From a bacterium (lineage in GTDB: Bacteria > UBA6262 > WVXT01): a DNA stretch of 54,401 bases. Both the position numbers and the translations under genes were made by a program. The DNA is taken from assembly GCA_046759165.1 (NCBI GenBank), contig JBHIBS010000006.1:1-54401 (forward strand). The letters are read 5' to 3'. Each line of letters opens with the position of its first letter. Position 1 is the stretch's first letter. Shown here piece after piece: positions 1 through 9,974 of this stretch. The notes beneath the pieces were generated by a model. The model was not told where the DNA came from. It ran no database searches and worked only from the letters and a program-made list of their open reading frames with translations.

Positions 1-376
1 TTCGCCTTCCCTCTCTTTCTCCTCATTTTCCAACTTTCCCTTTATCTCTCTTTCCACCTCTCCCAGTTCAGCTATCCTACTCCTCAAACTCCTCTCAATC
101 TCTATTCTCTCTGCCTCTCTCCTGTAGCTTCGTTTCCCAGGCTCTCTTCTGGAATTCGAAAGTATCAGATATAGCTTCCCATTCTGCTTTTCGTAATTCT
201 ATGTTCTTCTTGAGTTGAGAAATTTCATCTTTTGTAGAGACTTCAAATTCTTGAGCAATTCTTTTATACTCTTGTAATTCCCATTCGATTCTATCTTTAT
301 TTTCTCTTAATTTTTGTATCTCCTTTTCGCGATCTGCCTTCTCGAGAATTTCCCTCAACGCCTTCTCCATCTTCAT
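1..376 (-). pseudogene. Coiled-coil protein, frameshifted near 112-122 and running off the window's left edge
   Basis: 93-aa E/K/R-rich ORF with RBS AAGGAG. A shifted frame continues with similar coiled-coil sequence (EAERIEIERSLRSRIAELGEVEREIKGKLENEEKEREGE) and no stop to position 1. The shift lies in a (GA)n tract. Confidence 0.65.
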
Positions 377-414
377 CCTGGCGAGCTCCTTTAAAGCTCA
401 GCCGCAGGGTTGCC

Positions 415-459
415 TCAAAAAAGAAAGCCGAATCATCCACCAAACCGGATAATTCAGCT
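415..459 (-). terminator. Intrinsic terminator (riboswitch expression platform)
   Basis: Minus strand AGCTGAATTATCC-loop-GGATGATTCGGCT followed by TTCTTTTTTT, between the aptamer and the start codon. Confidence 0.8.
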
Positions 460-503
460 AACAGCTACCGACCAGAGGAAACAGTTTTTTCCTCCGTCCC
501 TCT

Positions 504-584
504 AATCTTCGGCAACCCGGCTAGCCGAATCGGCCCCGTGGCTTTGCGTCCTCCGATTGCTCGGAGTTTGCCCTTATCGGATTG
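504..584 (-). ncRNA. c-di-GMP-I (GEMM) riboswitch aptamer
   Basis: Minus strand GGGCAAACTCCGA-GCAA-TCGGAGGACGCAAAGCCACGGGGCC..GGCTAGCCGGGTTGCCGAA matches the GEMM-I layout, with G at the G20-equivalent position. Confidence 0.9.
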
Positions 585-609
585 ATCCCTATATTGAATT
601 TTCAATTTT

Positions 610-638
610 ATATTACCACAAAATTATCTGTTTGTCAA
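610..638 (-). promoter_or_regulatory. sigma70-type promoter upstream of the riboswitch
   Basis: TTGACA-17 nt-TAATAT with a TG extended -10. Confidence 0.7.
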
Positions 639-962
639 CCACTTTTTGAGACGAAATTTTCCTCAACGGATTACACCAATCTTCCTGATCACTTGCACGG
701 TGCGGTCCTCGTTCTTGGGCGGCTCGACGACAAACCTGATTTTGAATATCTATTAACCTAATTGCTTTCAAACCCTTCCCAACCCTTGCCGTTTATGACT
801 TAATGTATTCTCATTAAGTATTTATAATTCAATTTTTCGGCGGCCAAATTTTTTCTTCTTTCGTTCACCTAACATTTAATTATCAATACTTTATACTTTA
901 ATAGTACAGTGATATGATATGATATAGATAAGATATACGCTCTTTAATTGCAAATTCCTTTC

Positions 963-998
963 CTGATATATCAGTGGTTAAAGGTGCTGATATATCAG
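963..998. repeat. Two copies of the 12-bp palindrome CTGATATATCAG
   Basis: Exact copies at 963-974 and 987-998. Confidence 0.85.
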
Positions 999-1306
999 AC
1001 ATTCTCTGATTTTTCCAATTCATAAGCTTCGCCTCTTTTTAGCCCTGCTGCTTTCTCTTCCCTTTTGAAACTAGTTATAATATTTGCTAATATATTCAAT
1101 TTAATCGATTTTGGCAAAGGCTCTAAAATGTAGCGAATTATAAGGTAGATAAATTTCTGGGCACTTTTACTTGGTAATTTTCCGCAAAGCTTAGATATTT
1201 TCGTTCGATAATTTATGAGAATTGCAAAAACATCCAACCCATTTTTCCCATAATCGGTTTCAATTATCTCTTGTATGACGGCTTTAATCTCTTTTTTCCG
1301 TTTCAT
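995..1306 (-). CDS. Hypothetical protein in an AT-rich islet
   Basis: ORF with likely start MKRKK at 1306; no recognisable motif. Confidence 0.4.
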   Translation of the reverse strand: MKRKKEIKAVIQEIIETDYGKNGLDVFAILINYRTKISKLCGKLPSKSAQKFIYLIIRYILEPLPKSIKLNILANIITSFKREEKAAGLKRGEAYELEKSENV

Positions 1307-1513
1307 TTTTATTCGTCCTTTTTTATTATTATTAAAAGAATTAAAATAATAAATATTGCTAACATCCAAAGGCAAATTCTGGAATTCGTTCCATTTAAGT
1401 TTCTTTCTTTTTGGCTGAATTTATAAAATTAATCACGTCTTGGTATGGGTCTTGCCTTGCTTTTCCTTTTTCTCTTTTTAATTTGCGACAATCAATAAGA
1501 GATTACATTGGGT

Positions 1514-1924
1514 TTATTTTATCCGGGCTTGAGAATCAGAAAGAGTTCTGACTCCATCTTCAGAGAATAGCCTCATCTTGAGAATAGCTTTCAGCCATTC
1601 CGATTCTCCCCTCTTTCGAGCACGCACATTGTTCCTCATGTAGATTATATCGGCAATCTCATCCTTCAGTAAGCCGACCGGAACCCTGCTTTTCATTGCA
1701 GGAAGGATGAAGTCGGGATCTTTGACCAGCTCTTTATTATATTTGTAAATCTCTGGCCACAGCGATGGGTCTCGTAGATATATCTCAGCAAACTTGTGGA
1801 GTGTATCTCCTTTCTTTACAGTCACTTCAATAAACTCGACCCTCTCTTCCTGAGCTCTGGACAGGGAAAAGAAATTTAGAATAGCCATAAAAGCAATAAT
1901 TAGAATGAGTCCTCTCTTCCCCAT
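1514..1924 (-). pseudogene. Secreted LysM-FecR protein, truncated at the start of the FecR domain
   Basis: Signal peptide, LysM motif (VKKGDTL..W.EIY.YN...DPDFILP), then FecR-like start (W..A...M.L...D.VRT...SQARI) stopping abruptly at the AT-rich islet. Confidence 0.65.
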
Positions 1925-4071
1925 CAGGCACATACGATCTCTCCCTTTTCATTCTTAACTAAATTTTTGGGAAGCCAGAAACAGAACCTGCTTCCCTTTC
2001 CCATTTCAGACTCAACCCAGATTTTCCCTAAATGCGCCTCTACCCCATATTTGGCAATAGTTAGGCCTAAACCAGTCCCCCTTTTCTCTTCCTGGTAACT
2101 TCCGACCTGTTGAAATTTATCAAATACCTCCTTTAAAAAGTCTGCAGGAATACCCTGACCAGTATCAGCCACGGTAATTTGAATCCTGTCTGGGAGGTCC
2201 TGTCCAATTATATCGACACTCCCTTCAGAAGGAGTAAACTTTACGGCATTGGAGACCAGATTCATAATTACCCGCTCCATCAGCTCGCTGTCAGCCCGAA
2301 TTTTGGGAACGGACTCCAATCCCTGAGTCGATAACTTCACACCTGATTTAACTGCCTGCGGTTCCATTATCTTGATGACCCTTCCAACTGTCTCCTTTGG
2401 ATCGAAGTCTGTAAGAGTAAGTTTCATCTTCCCGATTTCTAACTTTGCCACATCCAGGATGTTATTGATCATGCCCAGAAGTTTCCGACTGGAAACGTCT
2501 ACTATTTCCAAAAATTCCTTCTGTTCTTCATTTATTTCGCCAGCCGAGCCATCAAGCAGAACCTCCACGAACCCCCGAATGGAGGTCATTGGACTTCTGA
2601 GGTCATGAGTTATCGAATGGACAAAATCTTCTTTCATCTTTTCTATCTCTTTCTCCAAAGTAATGTCGTGGAGCACTGTAACCACGCCCAAATTCTTCCC
2701 TTTCTCAGTCTTGACGATATTGGTACCTGTCTTTAGGAACTTCCGGTAGGGACCCTGAGAGAGGTCAATCTCCCTCACCACAGTTTTCTGTTTCTGTTCT
2801 ATTATCTCACGAAGGCTCTGGGCAATCCTCTGGTCTCCAATGTAATCCATCAAATTTTTGCCCAGCACCTCTTCTCCGCTAACTTGAAGCATTTCCCGAG
2901 CCTGCCTGTTCATAAGCACTATGCTGCCGGAAAAATCTGTCATCACAATTCCGTCGGCAATGCTGTAGATAACCGCTTCTGTCTTGGTCTTCTCGGCAAT
3001 TATCCTGTCAATCTGTAGGTCGTTATATTCCTTCAACTTATGGGTCATGAAATTGAAGGTGTCAGCCAGAGTTAAGAGTTCATCATGAGTCTTCACCACA
3101 ACCTTATGGGCAAAATCGCCCTCGGCTACCTTCTCTGCACCGACGATTAAGTTCAGGATAGGCCGGCTCAATCCTCGGGCAGTGAGAAGCCCTACCAGGG
3201 CTGCTCCAAAGATGCTCACAATTATCCAGAGAATGGCATTCTGCTTCATTTTGATTGCTGAGATATAGGCATCATCTTTTGCCTGCTGAACAATCATCCC
3301 CCAGCCTAACCTCTTCACTGGAGAATAGGCACCAACCATCTCCACTCCCTTCTCGTCAATGAACTCCTTGCTGCCCAGGGTCTTGCCAGAAAGGACCTCC
3401 TGGACAATAGCCAAGTGAGTGGCATCCTCGAAGCTCTTGGCCCTCTTTTTCTGGGGGTGAGCTATGATTTTCCCTTCCTTATTTACAAGAAAGGCAAATC
3501 CAGTCCTTCCGATCCTTGTACTGTAAATCTTATGCCAGAGCTTGTTTAGTGTGACTACAATGTAGATGACCTGTTCCCCAACTAAAGGATAAGCCACGTT
3601 CAACCTGGGATCGTCTCCTATGTAGTAGAGAGAACTGATATCTGGGCTGCCTCGAAGTGCTTTGAGAAACAACTTATCTTCCTTCAAATTAAGTAGCCTT
3701 GGTTTCCTTTCAAGCTTTGGGTTATAAACTTTTATTATCTCTTCTCCTTTGATGTCCACAATGGAAATAGTAACGAAATCGTCGCTTGTTTCCAAAAGAG
3801 ATTTCAGCACAACTCTCTTTTCTGACCAGGACATTTGTGCAATCTTCTGAGAAGTGATTATGAACGATAGTTTCCCTCTCAGATTATCTATGTAATCGTC
3901 GATCTTATCGGCAAGCGACTGAGCCAGATGGGTATGGAGTTCTAAGATAGAATCCTGAAGAGCTACCCTGTTGATATTAATCATCCTCAGTCCCACAATT
4001 GAGAGCGGAAGGACAGCAAGAACGACCATAATAAGAATAAATTTATGGAATAGTCTAATTTTTATTGCCAT
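1924..4071 (-). CDS. Membrane sensor histidine kinase (dCache-HAMP-PAS-HisKA-HATPase)
   Basis: Two TM helices, H-box THDLRSPMT, N-box NLVSNAVKFT, G1 DTGQGI, G2 GTGLGL; likely start MAIKIRL. Confidence 0.92.
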   Translation of the reverse strand: MAIKIRLFHKFILIMVVLAVLPLSIVGLRMININRVALQDSILELHTHLAQSLADKIDDYIDNLRGKLSFIITSQKIAQMSWSEKRVVLKSLLETSDDFVTISIVDIKGEEIIKVYNPKLERKPRLLNLKEDKLFLKALRGSPDISSLYYIGDDPRLNVAYPLVGEQVIYIVVTLNKLWHKIYSTRIGRTGFAFLVNKEGKIIAHPQKKRAKSFEDATHLAIVQEVLSGKTLGSKEFIDEKGVEMVGAYSPVKRLGWGMIVQQAKDDAYISAIKMKQNAILWIIVSIFGAALVGLLTARGLSRPILNLIVGAEKVAEGDFAHKVVVKTHDELLTLADTFNFMTHKLKEYNDLQIDRIIAEKTKTEAVIYSIADGIVMTDFSGSIVLMNRQAREMLQVSGEEVLGKNLMDYIGDQRIAQSLREIIEQKQKTVVREIDLSQGPYRKFLKTGTNIVKTEKGKNLGVVTVLHDITLEKEIEKMKEDFVHSITHDLRSPMTSIRGFVEVLLDGSAGEINEEQKEFLEIVDVSSRKLLGMINNILDVAKLEIGKMKLTLTDFDPKETVGRVIKIMEPQAVKSGVKLSTQGLESVPKIRADSELMERVIMNLVSNAVKFTPSEGSVDIIGQDLPDRIQITVADTGQGIPADFLKEVFDKFQQVGSYQEEKRGTGLGLTIAKYGVEAHLGKIWVESEMGKGSRFCFWLPKNLVKNEKGEIVCA

Positions 4072-4134
4072 TTCATCATTAATTATATCTGAAATTTCTC
4101 CAAATAGCAACCCATAAAAGAAATTTGTGATTTA

Positions 4135-4794
4135 TTATTTATGGAGGAGGATTATCACCTCACCTCTCATTTTCCTTCCCTTAAGTAGAGTCAATACATG
4201 GTCAATAGTCCCCCTGATGACTTCCTCAAACTTCTTCGTTAATTCCCGTGCAATGACTACATTTACATCGCCAAAATTTTGCTTGACGGCCTGCAAAGTG
4301 GCGACCAGCCTGTTTGGCGATTCATAAAAAATAACTGTCTTTTCAAAATTGAATAGTTCTTTTAGTCGTTTTGTTAGCTTTCCTTTCTTACGGGGCAAAA
4401 AGCCAGTAAAAATGAATTCATCGGTGGGCAGACCCGAGACTACGAGTGCGGATATAGCCGCACAGGGCCCAGGGATCGACTGAACGGTAATTCCATTCTC
4501 TATCGCTCTCTTTATGAGAGGGTAGCCCGGGTCAGAAATTCCAGGAGTTCCTGCTTCTGAGACAATAGCGACATTCTTGCCTCTGTTCAGGGTAGCAATT
4601 AGATGATCTGCTTTCCTCTCTTTGCCATAATAGCTTGTAAGGGGGGTGTGGATACCATAATGGCTTAATAATTTTCTGGTCTTTCTTGTATCTTCAGCTG
4701 CAATTAAATCGACTTCCTTAAGAGTACGCAGCGCTCTCAAAGTTATATCTTCCAGATTCCCGATGGGAGTGGCCACAGCATAGAGTATACCCAT
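4135..4794 (-). CDS. rsmI: 16S rRNA C1402 2'-O-methyltransferase
   Basis: LYAVATPIGNLEDIT..EDTR..GTPGISDPG..YESP..RELTKKFEE. Confidence 0.96.
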   Translation of the reverse strand: MGILYAVATPIGNLEDITLRALRTLKEVDLIAAEDTRKTRKLLSHYGIHTPLTSYYGKERKADHLIATLNRGKNVAIVSEAGTPGISDPGYPLIKRAIENGITVQSIPGPCAAISALVVSGLPTDEFIFTGFLPRKKGKLTKRLKELFNFEKTVIFYESPNRLVATLQAVKQNFGDVNVVIARELTKKFEEVIRGTIDHVLTLLKGRKMRGEVIILLHK

Positions 4795-4798
4795 AGTT

Positions 4799-5629
4799 TT
4801 ACCTTATCTTAGCAACTGGGGGCAGCCTCCTTTTGTGCTCTGAATTCTTAACAAAATTTTTGACTTTCTCGATATTTTCTATTGAAAAGCCAAGACTTAG
4901 TAATTTCTTACGACTGTATTTTTTGTTGACCATATGGTATAGCATTTTATCTAGCTCATCATAACTGATGCCCAGTTCTCCTTCATCGGTCTGCCCTGGC
5001 CATAAGCCCGCCGAAGGGCACCTCCCTATAATGGGATCGGGAACCCCGAGATATTTCGCCAGTTGCCTTACCTGAGTCTTGTAAAGGTCGCCGAGTGGTT
5101 CTAAGTCGACTCCTCCGTCGCCATATTTGGTAAAATAGCCCATGATTAACTCCGTCTTATTACTTGTCCCCACTACCAAAGCCTTCAAAGCCAACGACCA
5201 GTCGTAAAGAATGGACATCCTCTCCCGAGCCATCTTGTTTCCCCTCCTCAAATATTCCAATGCTTTAACCCGTGAACCCTCGACCTCCAAGATAGCGGGA
5301 TTAGGAATTCTTCCGTAAGAAAATTTTCTGAAATATTCTTCAATCATGGCATCAATCCTAATCATCTGTGAATTTATCCCAAGCTTTCTGGCTATGAGCC
5401 GGGCATGCCTTACGCTCTCCGACTGGTAAGATTTATAAGGCATGATCAAGGCGTATACATTATGAGGGTCTTCAAGCGCCTCCACCGTCAAGGAAGCAAC
5501 GACCGTTGAATCCATTCCACCAGAAAGGCCTAAAACCGCTCGTTTTAATCCACTATTCTGTATTACCTTTCTAATGAATTCTATTAGAACTCTCTTTACT
5601 CGCCCGCAGTTAATTGTCAGGTCATCCAC
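4799..5629 (-). CDS. nadE: NH3-dependent NAD+ synthetase
   Basis: GLSGGMDS, GTSNKTE, GYFTKYGDG, PSAGLWPGQTDE, SEHKR. Confidence 0.95.
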   Translation of the reverse strand: MDDLTINCGRVKRVLIEFIRKVIQNSGLKRAVLGLSGGMDSTVVASLTVEALEDPHNVYALIMPYKSYQSESVRHARLIARKLGINSQMIRIDAMIEEYFRKFSYGRIPNPAILEVEGSRVKALEYLRRGNKMARERMSILYDWSLALKALVVGTSNKTELIMGYFTKYGDGGVDLEPLGDLYKTQVRQLAKYLGVPDPIIGRCPSAGLWPGQTDEGELGISYDELDKMLYHMVNKKYSRKKLLSLGFSIENIEKVKNFVKNSEHKRRLPPVAKIR

Positions 5630-5743
5630 TTACAAACCTTCCTTTTCCATTTCTCCTCTGTCCAGCAGTCTCAACCACCGGTCGGCAGCGAATATTTTTC
5701 CGCTCTCTCCAATTCTCTTCTGGCCTCTCCCCTCCTCAACTCT

Positions 5744-6364
5744 TTAATGTCTTCTCACTATATCCTTAATCTTCATTAGTCTGGTAATATTGCTTCTTTC
5801 CAGTTCCTCCAGTTTCATGCTAATATAACCGATAGTTTCAATTATATTGGGAATCAATATATGTTCTAAGGCATTGACTCTCCGTCGAGTCCGCTCAATC
5901 TCATAAGAGAGCATCTCTAACTTTTTCTCCTTTTCTGCAAGTTCAACCATCTTTGGTATCAGCTCCCTGTACCTTTTCAATGCCCGGTCGAGCTCCATAG
6001 AAGTAGTGAGGAGTCCATAAGAAAAGTAGTCGCCCTCCATCTTAAACTTATAACTGGGGACCCTGAGATTCAGAAGGGGAACATAGCTGACTTCAAGGGC
6101 AGTCTCAAGCTGGCTGAACATTAATGCTTCATCTAAAAACTCTCTTCCCATAGTCGACCTGGCAATAAGGAAAGACCCGTAGGCCTCGAACAATTCTCTC
6201 TCGACTATCAGGCGAAGATCCTTAATTTCCTCTATTAGAGATATAAAATTACGCATCAGTTCATCCTGTTTATTTTTAAGCAATCTGTGTCCTCGACGGG
6301 CAAGGATTAACTTCTTCTTCAACTTCAAAAGCTCCATCCTTGTTGGATTGACAGCAAGCCTCAT
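5744..6364 (-). CDS. ntpD: V/A-type ATPase subunit D
   Basis: NPTRMELLKLK..GHRLLK..TRRRVNALE. Confidence 0.95.
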   Translation of the reverse strand: MRLAVNPTRMELLKLKKKLILARRGHRLLKNKQDELMRNFISLIEEIKDLRLIVERELFEAYGSFLIARSTMGREFLDEALMFSQLETALEVSYVPLLNLRVPSYKFKMEGDYFSYGLLTTSMELDRALKRYRELIPKMVELAEKEKKLEMLSYEIERTRRRVNALEHILIPNIIETIGYISMKLEELERSNITRLMKIKDIVRRH

Positions 6365-6366
6365 AG

Positions 6367-7767
6367 TTACTTCCTTTCAACTCTTTCCATATACTTCTGT
6401 ATCTCTTCTTCCTTCACCCTCTTCAGTTCTTCCCTGGGCAACATTCTGAGAAGCTCCCAGCCAATATCTAAGGTCGCCTCCAAAATCCTCTCTTCATATT
6501 CTCCCTGAGCAACGAAATTTCTCTCATATTCATCAGCAAATTGAGAGAATGTCTTATCTGTTTCCGAGAGAGCAGCCTCTCCCAAGATTATCGCCAGTTC
6601 CTTTGCTTCCTTGCCCCGCGCATAGGCAGCAAAGAGCTGAGAAGTCACATCTCCATGGTCTTCCCTTGTTTTCCCTTCCCCAATTCCCTTCTCTTTGAGC
6701 CTGGAAAGCGAGGGAAGAACATCTATTGGTGGTGAAATACCCTTTCTATGGAGCTCCCTGCTTAAAATTATCTGACCCTCGGTTATATAGCCCGTCAAAT
6801 CGGGAATAGGGTGGGTCTTATCATCTTCTGGCATGGTTAAGATCGGCATTAAGGTAATCGACCCATTTTTGCCCTTTATTCTTCCGGCCCTCTCATAAAT
6901 TGTTGCTAGATCAGTATACATATAACCAGGATATCCTCTCCGTCCAGGGACCTCTTTTCTGGCAGCCGACACCTCACGAAGGGCGTCACAATAGTTGGTC
7001 ATATCGCTCAAGATTACTACCACGTGCATATCCCTACGAAAAGCCAAATATTCAGCAGCAGTCAGAGCCACCCGGGGAGTAGCCAACCTCTCAATCGCCG
7101 GGTCATCGGCAAGATTAATGAAAAGCACGGCCCTCTCGATTGCTCCTGTCTTCTTGAAATCTGTAATGAAAAAATTGGCTTCTTCAAAGGTAATCCCCAT
7201 TGCTCCAAAGACAACGGCAAACTTCTCCTCGATATCGGCTCCTGCCCCTTGAGAAATAACCTTTGCCTGCCTGGCAATCTGTGCAGCAAGTTCATTGTGC
7301 GGAAGCCCGGACCCTGAGAAGATTGGCAGTTTCTGACCCCTTACCAACGTATTCATTCCATCTATCGCAGAAATTCCGGTCTGAATAAATTCTGATGGAT
7401 AGTTGCGGGCATCCGGGTTGATTGGACTACCATTTATATCTTCTCTACTCTCGGCAAGGATAGCGGGCCCCCCATCGATCGGACGTCCCAATCCATCAAA
7501 GATTCTTCCAAGTATATCGATCGAGACAGAGAGCTCTACCCTTCGCTCCAGAAATCTCACCCGGGACTCTGCAAGATTTAGACCTGTGGTGCCCTCAAAG
7601 AGCTGGACGAGAACCTTACCACCATCCACTTCCAGTACTCTTCCCCTTCTTACCGCCCCACTGGCAAGGGTAATTTCCGCTATCTCGTCATATTTTACTC
7701 CCGCAGTATCTTCAACGAGAATCAAAGGTCCGGCAATGCTGGAAACTGTAAGATACTCTCTTTGCAT
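6367..7767 (-). CDS. ntpB: V/A-type ATPase subunit B
   Basis: [42 protein letters not shown]. Confidence 0.97.
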   Translation of the reverse strand: MQREYLTVSSIAGPLILVEDTAGVKYDEIAEITLASGAVRRGRVLEVDGGKVLVQLFEGTTGLNLAESRVRFLERRVELSVSIDILGRIFDGLGRPIDGGPAILAESREDINGSPINPDARNYPSEFIQTGISAIDGMNTLVRGQKLPIFSGSGLPHNELAAQIARQAKVISQGAGADIEEKFAVVFGAMGITFEEANFFITDFKKTGAIERAVLFINLADDPAIERLATPRVALTAAEYLAFRRDMHVVVILSDMTNYCDALREVSAARKEVPGRRGYPGYMYTDLATIYERAGRIKGKNGSITLMPILTMPEDDKTHPIPDLTGYITEGQIILSRELHRKGISPPIDVLPSLSRLKEKGIGEGKTREDHGDVTSQLFAAYARGKEAKELAIILGEAALSETDKTFSQFADEYERNFVAQGEYEERILEATLDIGWELLRMLPREELKRVKEEEIQKYMERVERK

Positions 7768-7807
7768 TGAAATCCTCTCTACGGGGACAAACCCTTACAC
7801 TACCTAG

Positions 7808-7857
7808 AATTGAAAGATAGTTTGTGAACAGCGCGATGAACAAACTATCTTTCAATT
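7808..7857. repeat. Palindromic element, family A (AAGATAGTTTGT..ACAAACTATCTT)
   Basis: 18-bp perfect inverted repeat; the right arm contains the ntpA stop codon. Confidence 0.85.
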
Positions 7858-9593
7858 TCCCTTTCCATCTCCTCTTCTATCAAGTCAAATTTCTCCTCTT
7901 CACTCTCATCGATGAATTTCATCCGGGATATTCTTTCTTTCACTTTGAGCTTCAGAAGTTCGGAGAACTCCACACCCTCCTCCAATAAGTCCTTTGATTG
8001 GTGGAAAAGTTTAATTATAACTCTAAGCATTCGATACTGCTTCTTTACTCCTGTATAAGTATCCTGCGGGTCGAAGGCATGTTGATGGAGGAAATCTTCC
8101 CTTATCGACTTTGCAGTGTCTAAAATTAGTCTGTCCTGAGGAGAGAGTGCTTCCAAACCAACTAACCTCACCAGCTCTTCCAGGGATGCTTCTTCCTGAA
8201 GGATGAGCATCGCCTCTGAGCGCAGCTTGAGATAATCTTTAGCCACCTCTTTAGAAAGGTATTCTTCGATATTATCCAGATAGAGCGAATAACTGTTCAG
8301 CCAATTTATTGCCGGAAAGTGGCGCTGATAGGCAAGCTTATCTTCCAGACTCCAGAAAACCTTTACCATGCGGAGGGTAGCTTGAACCACAGGGTCGGAA
8401 AGGTCACCCCCAGGGGGAGAAACAGCGCCGATTATAGAAAGGGAGCCTTCTCTCTGATGCTGGCCCGCACAGACCACCCTGCCAGAGCGCTCATAAAACT
8501 CGGCAACTCTGGCAGCCAAATAGGCAGGATAGCCTTCCTCTCCAGGCATCTCCTCCAGCCTTCCCGACATCTCCCTCATCGCCTCTGCCCACCGGGAAGT
8601 CGAATCTGCCATAAGAGCTACCTTATATCCCATATCACGGAAATACTCCCCAATTGTAGCCCCTGTATAAACAGACGCCTCCCTGGCAGCTACTGGCATA
8701 TTGGAAGTATTGGCAATCAAGACAGTGCGCTTCATCAAAGGCTCTCCCGTTCGAGGGTCCTTTAACCTGGGCAGTTCCATTAACACATCGCACATCTCAT
8801 TCCCCCTCTCGCCACAGCCAACGTAAATAATAATATCTGCATCTGCCCACTTAGCGAGCTGGTGGAGAACCACAGTCTTTCCACTCCCGAAGGGGCCGGG
8901 AATACAGGCAGTTCCACCCTTAGTGATGGGGAAGAAGGTGTCGATTACCCTTGTTCCTGTGAAAAGAGGGAGAACCGGAGGGAGTTTCTCTTTACAGGGT
9001 CTCTGCCGTCGGACAGGCCACCTCTGAAGCATACTCAAGGAAACTGTGGAGCGAGAATTGGGAGGCCGAATCCGGGCAAGGGTCTCCTCCACCCTAAATT
9101 CTCCCTCAAGAATCTCCACAACTTTGCCCTCCACTCCCGGCGGCACCATTATCCTGTGTGTTATCAGAATAGTCTCCTCTACTTCCCCGATTATGTCACC
9201 TGAGACAACCAGGTCTCCCTTCTTAATTAATGATTTGAATTTCCATCGCTTTTCACGATCAATTCCAGGGATGTGGATTCCTCTGGTAATGTAATTTCCA
9301 GCCTTGTCTCTTATCTTGTCGAGAGGCCTCTGAATTCCATCATAAATAGAGGAGATTAACCCTGGAGCTAACTCGACTGATAGGGGCTCGCCTGTGGATA
9401 CAACGGGCTCTCCAGGACCCAACCCAGCAGTCTCCTCGTATACTTGGATAGAGATCCTGTTCTCCTTCAACTCGACCACCTCACCAATCAACCCGGGAGT
9501 TCCCACCCGCATCACCTCATACATTTTCACTCCGGGCAGTCGTTCAGCAACCACCAGAGGACCTGATACTTTTACAATCCTACCTTTAACCAT
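7845..9593 (-). CDS. ntpA: V/A-type ATPase catalytic subunit A
   Basis: Walker A GPFGSGKT, GCGERGNE, ANTSNMPVAARE, PPGGD; no intein. Confidence 0.97.
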   Translation of the reverse strand: MVKGRIVKVSGPLVVAERLPGVKMYEVMRVGTPGLIGEVVELKENRISIQVYEETAGLGPGEPVVSTGEPLSVELAPGLISSIYDGIQRPLDKIRDKAGNYITRGIHIPGIDREKRWKFKSLIKKGDLVVSGDIIGEVEETILITHRIMVPPGVEGKVVEILEGEFRVEETLARIRPPNSRSTVSLSMLQRWPVRRQRPCKEKLPPVLPLFTGTRVIDTFFPITKGGTACIPGPFGSGKTVVLHQLAKWADADIIIYVGCGERGNEMCDVLMELPRLKDPRTGEPLMKRTVLIANTSNMPVAAREASVYTGATIGEYFRDMGYKVALMADSTSRWAEAMREMSGRLEEMPGEEGYPAYLAARVAEFYERSGRVVCAGQHQREGSLSIIGAVSPPGGDLSDPVVQATLRMVKVFWSLEDKLAYQRHFPAINWLNSYSLYLDNIEEYLSKEVAKDYLKLRSEAMLILQEEASLEELVRLVGLEALSPQDRLILDTAKSIREDFLHQHAFDPQDTYTGVKKQYRMLRVIIKLFHQSKDLLEEGVEFSELLKLKVKERISRMKFIDESEEEKFDLIEEEMEREIER

Positions 9594-9632
9594 CTCTTAT
9601 CTCCCAAAAATCATCATCCTTAAATCCTCACG

Positions 9633-9944
9633 CTATGACTCTGTAAATATATCTGCTCCCACAGCCCTAATGGCTATCCTCCTTAACTTCTCCAAACCTA
9701 ACTGTTTCTCTTGAACCCCTGGCATAATAGTAATATCTACTTTTGCCATTCTTGACACTTCGTCAATCCTTTCCAGAAGTGGCCGGGCAAAAGTTTCTGT
9801 AATGTAGACTAATGAATAGCCTCCTTTGCCAATTTCATCGAGTGCTCTGGCTGCCTGTGAAGTGTCGCTCACAGGAAAGGTAAAGAAACCCATTCCCTTA
9901 AAACCCCAAATGAAATCTCTCTCGCCAATTATTGCGATTTTCAT
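9633..9944 (-). CDS. ntpF: V/A-type ATPase subunit F
   Basis: KIAIIG....GF...G and RAVGADI; operon position. Confidence 0.9.
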   Translation of the reverse strand: MKIAIIGERDFIWGFKGMGFFTFPVSDTSQAARALDEIGKGGYSLVYITETFARPLLERIDEVSRMAKVDITIMPGVQEKQLGLEKLRRIAIRAVGADIFTES

Positions 9945-9974
9945 TTCTCTTCCATTTTAAAATAGTTACCGCAC

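Noticed and set aside
5630-5743. Purine-rich spacer that could be a remnant of a nitrilase/glutaminase gene before nadE
   Set aside because: Too short, with no recognisable motif
6541-9714. Many plus-strand ORFs of 60-150 aa over the ATPase genes, and similar antisense ORFs throughout the window
   Set aside because: Shadow frames of well-conserved genes, with no motifs or RBS
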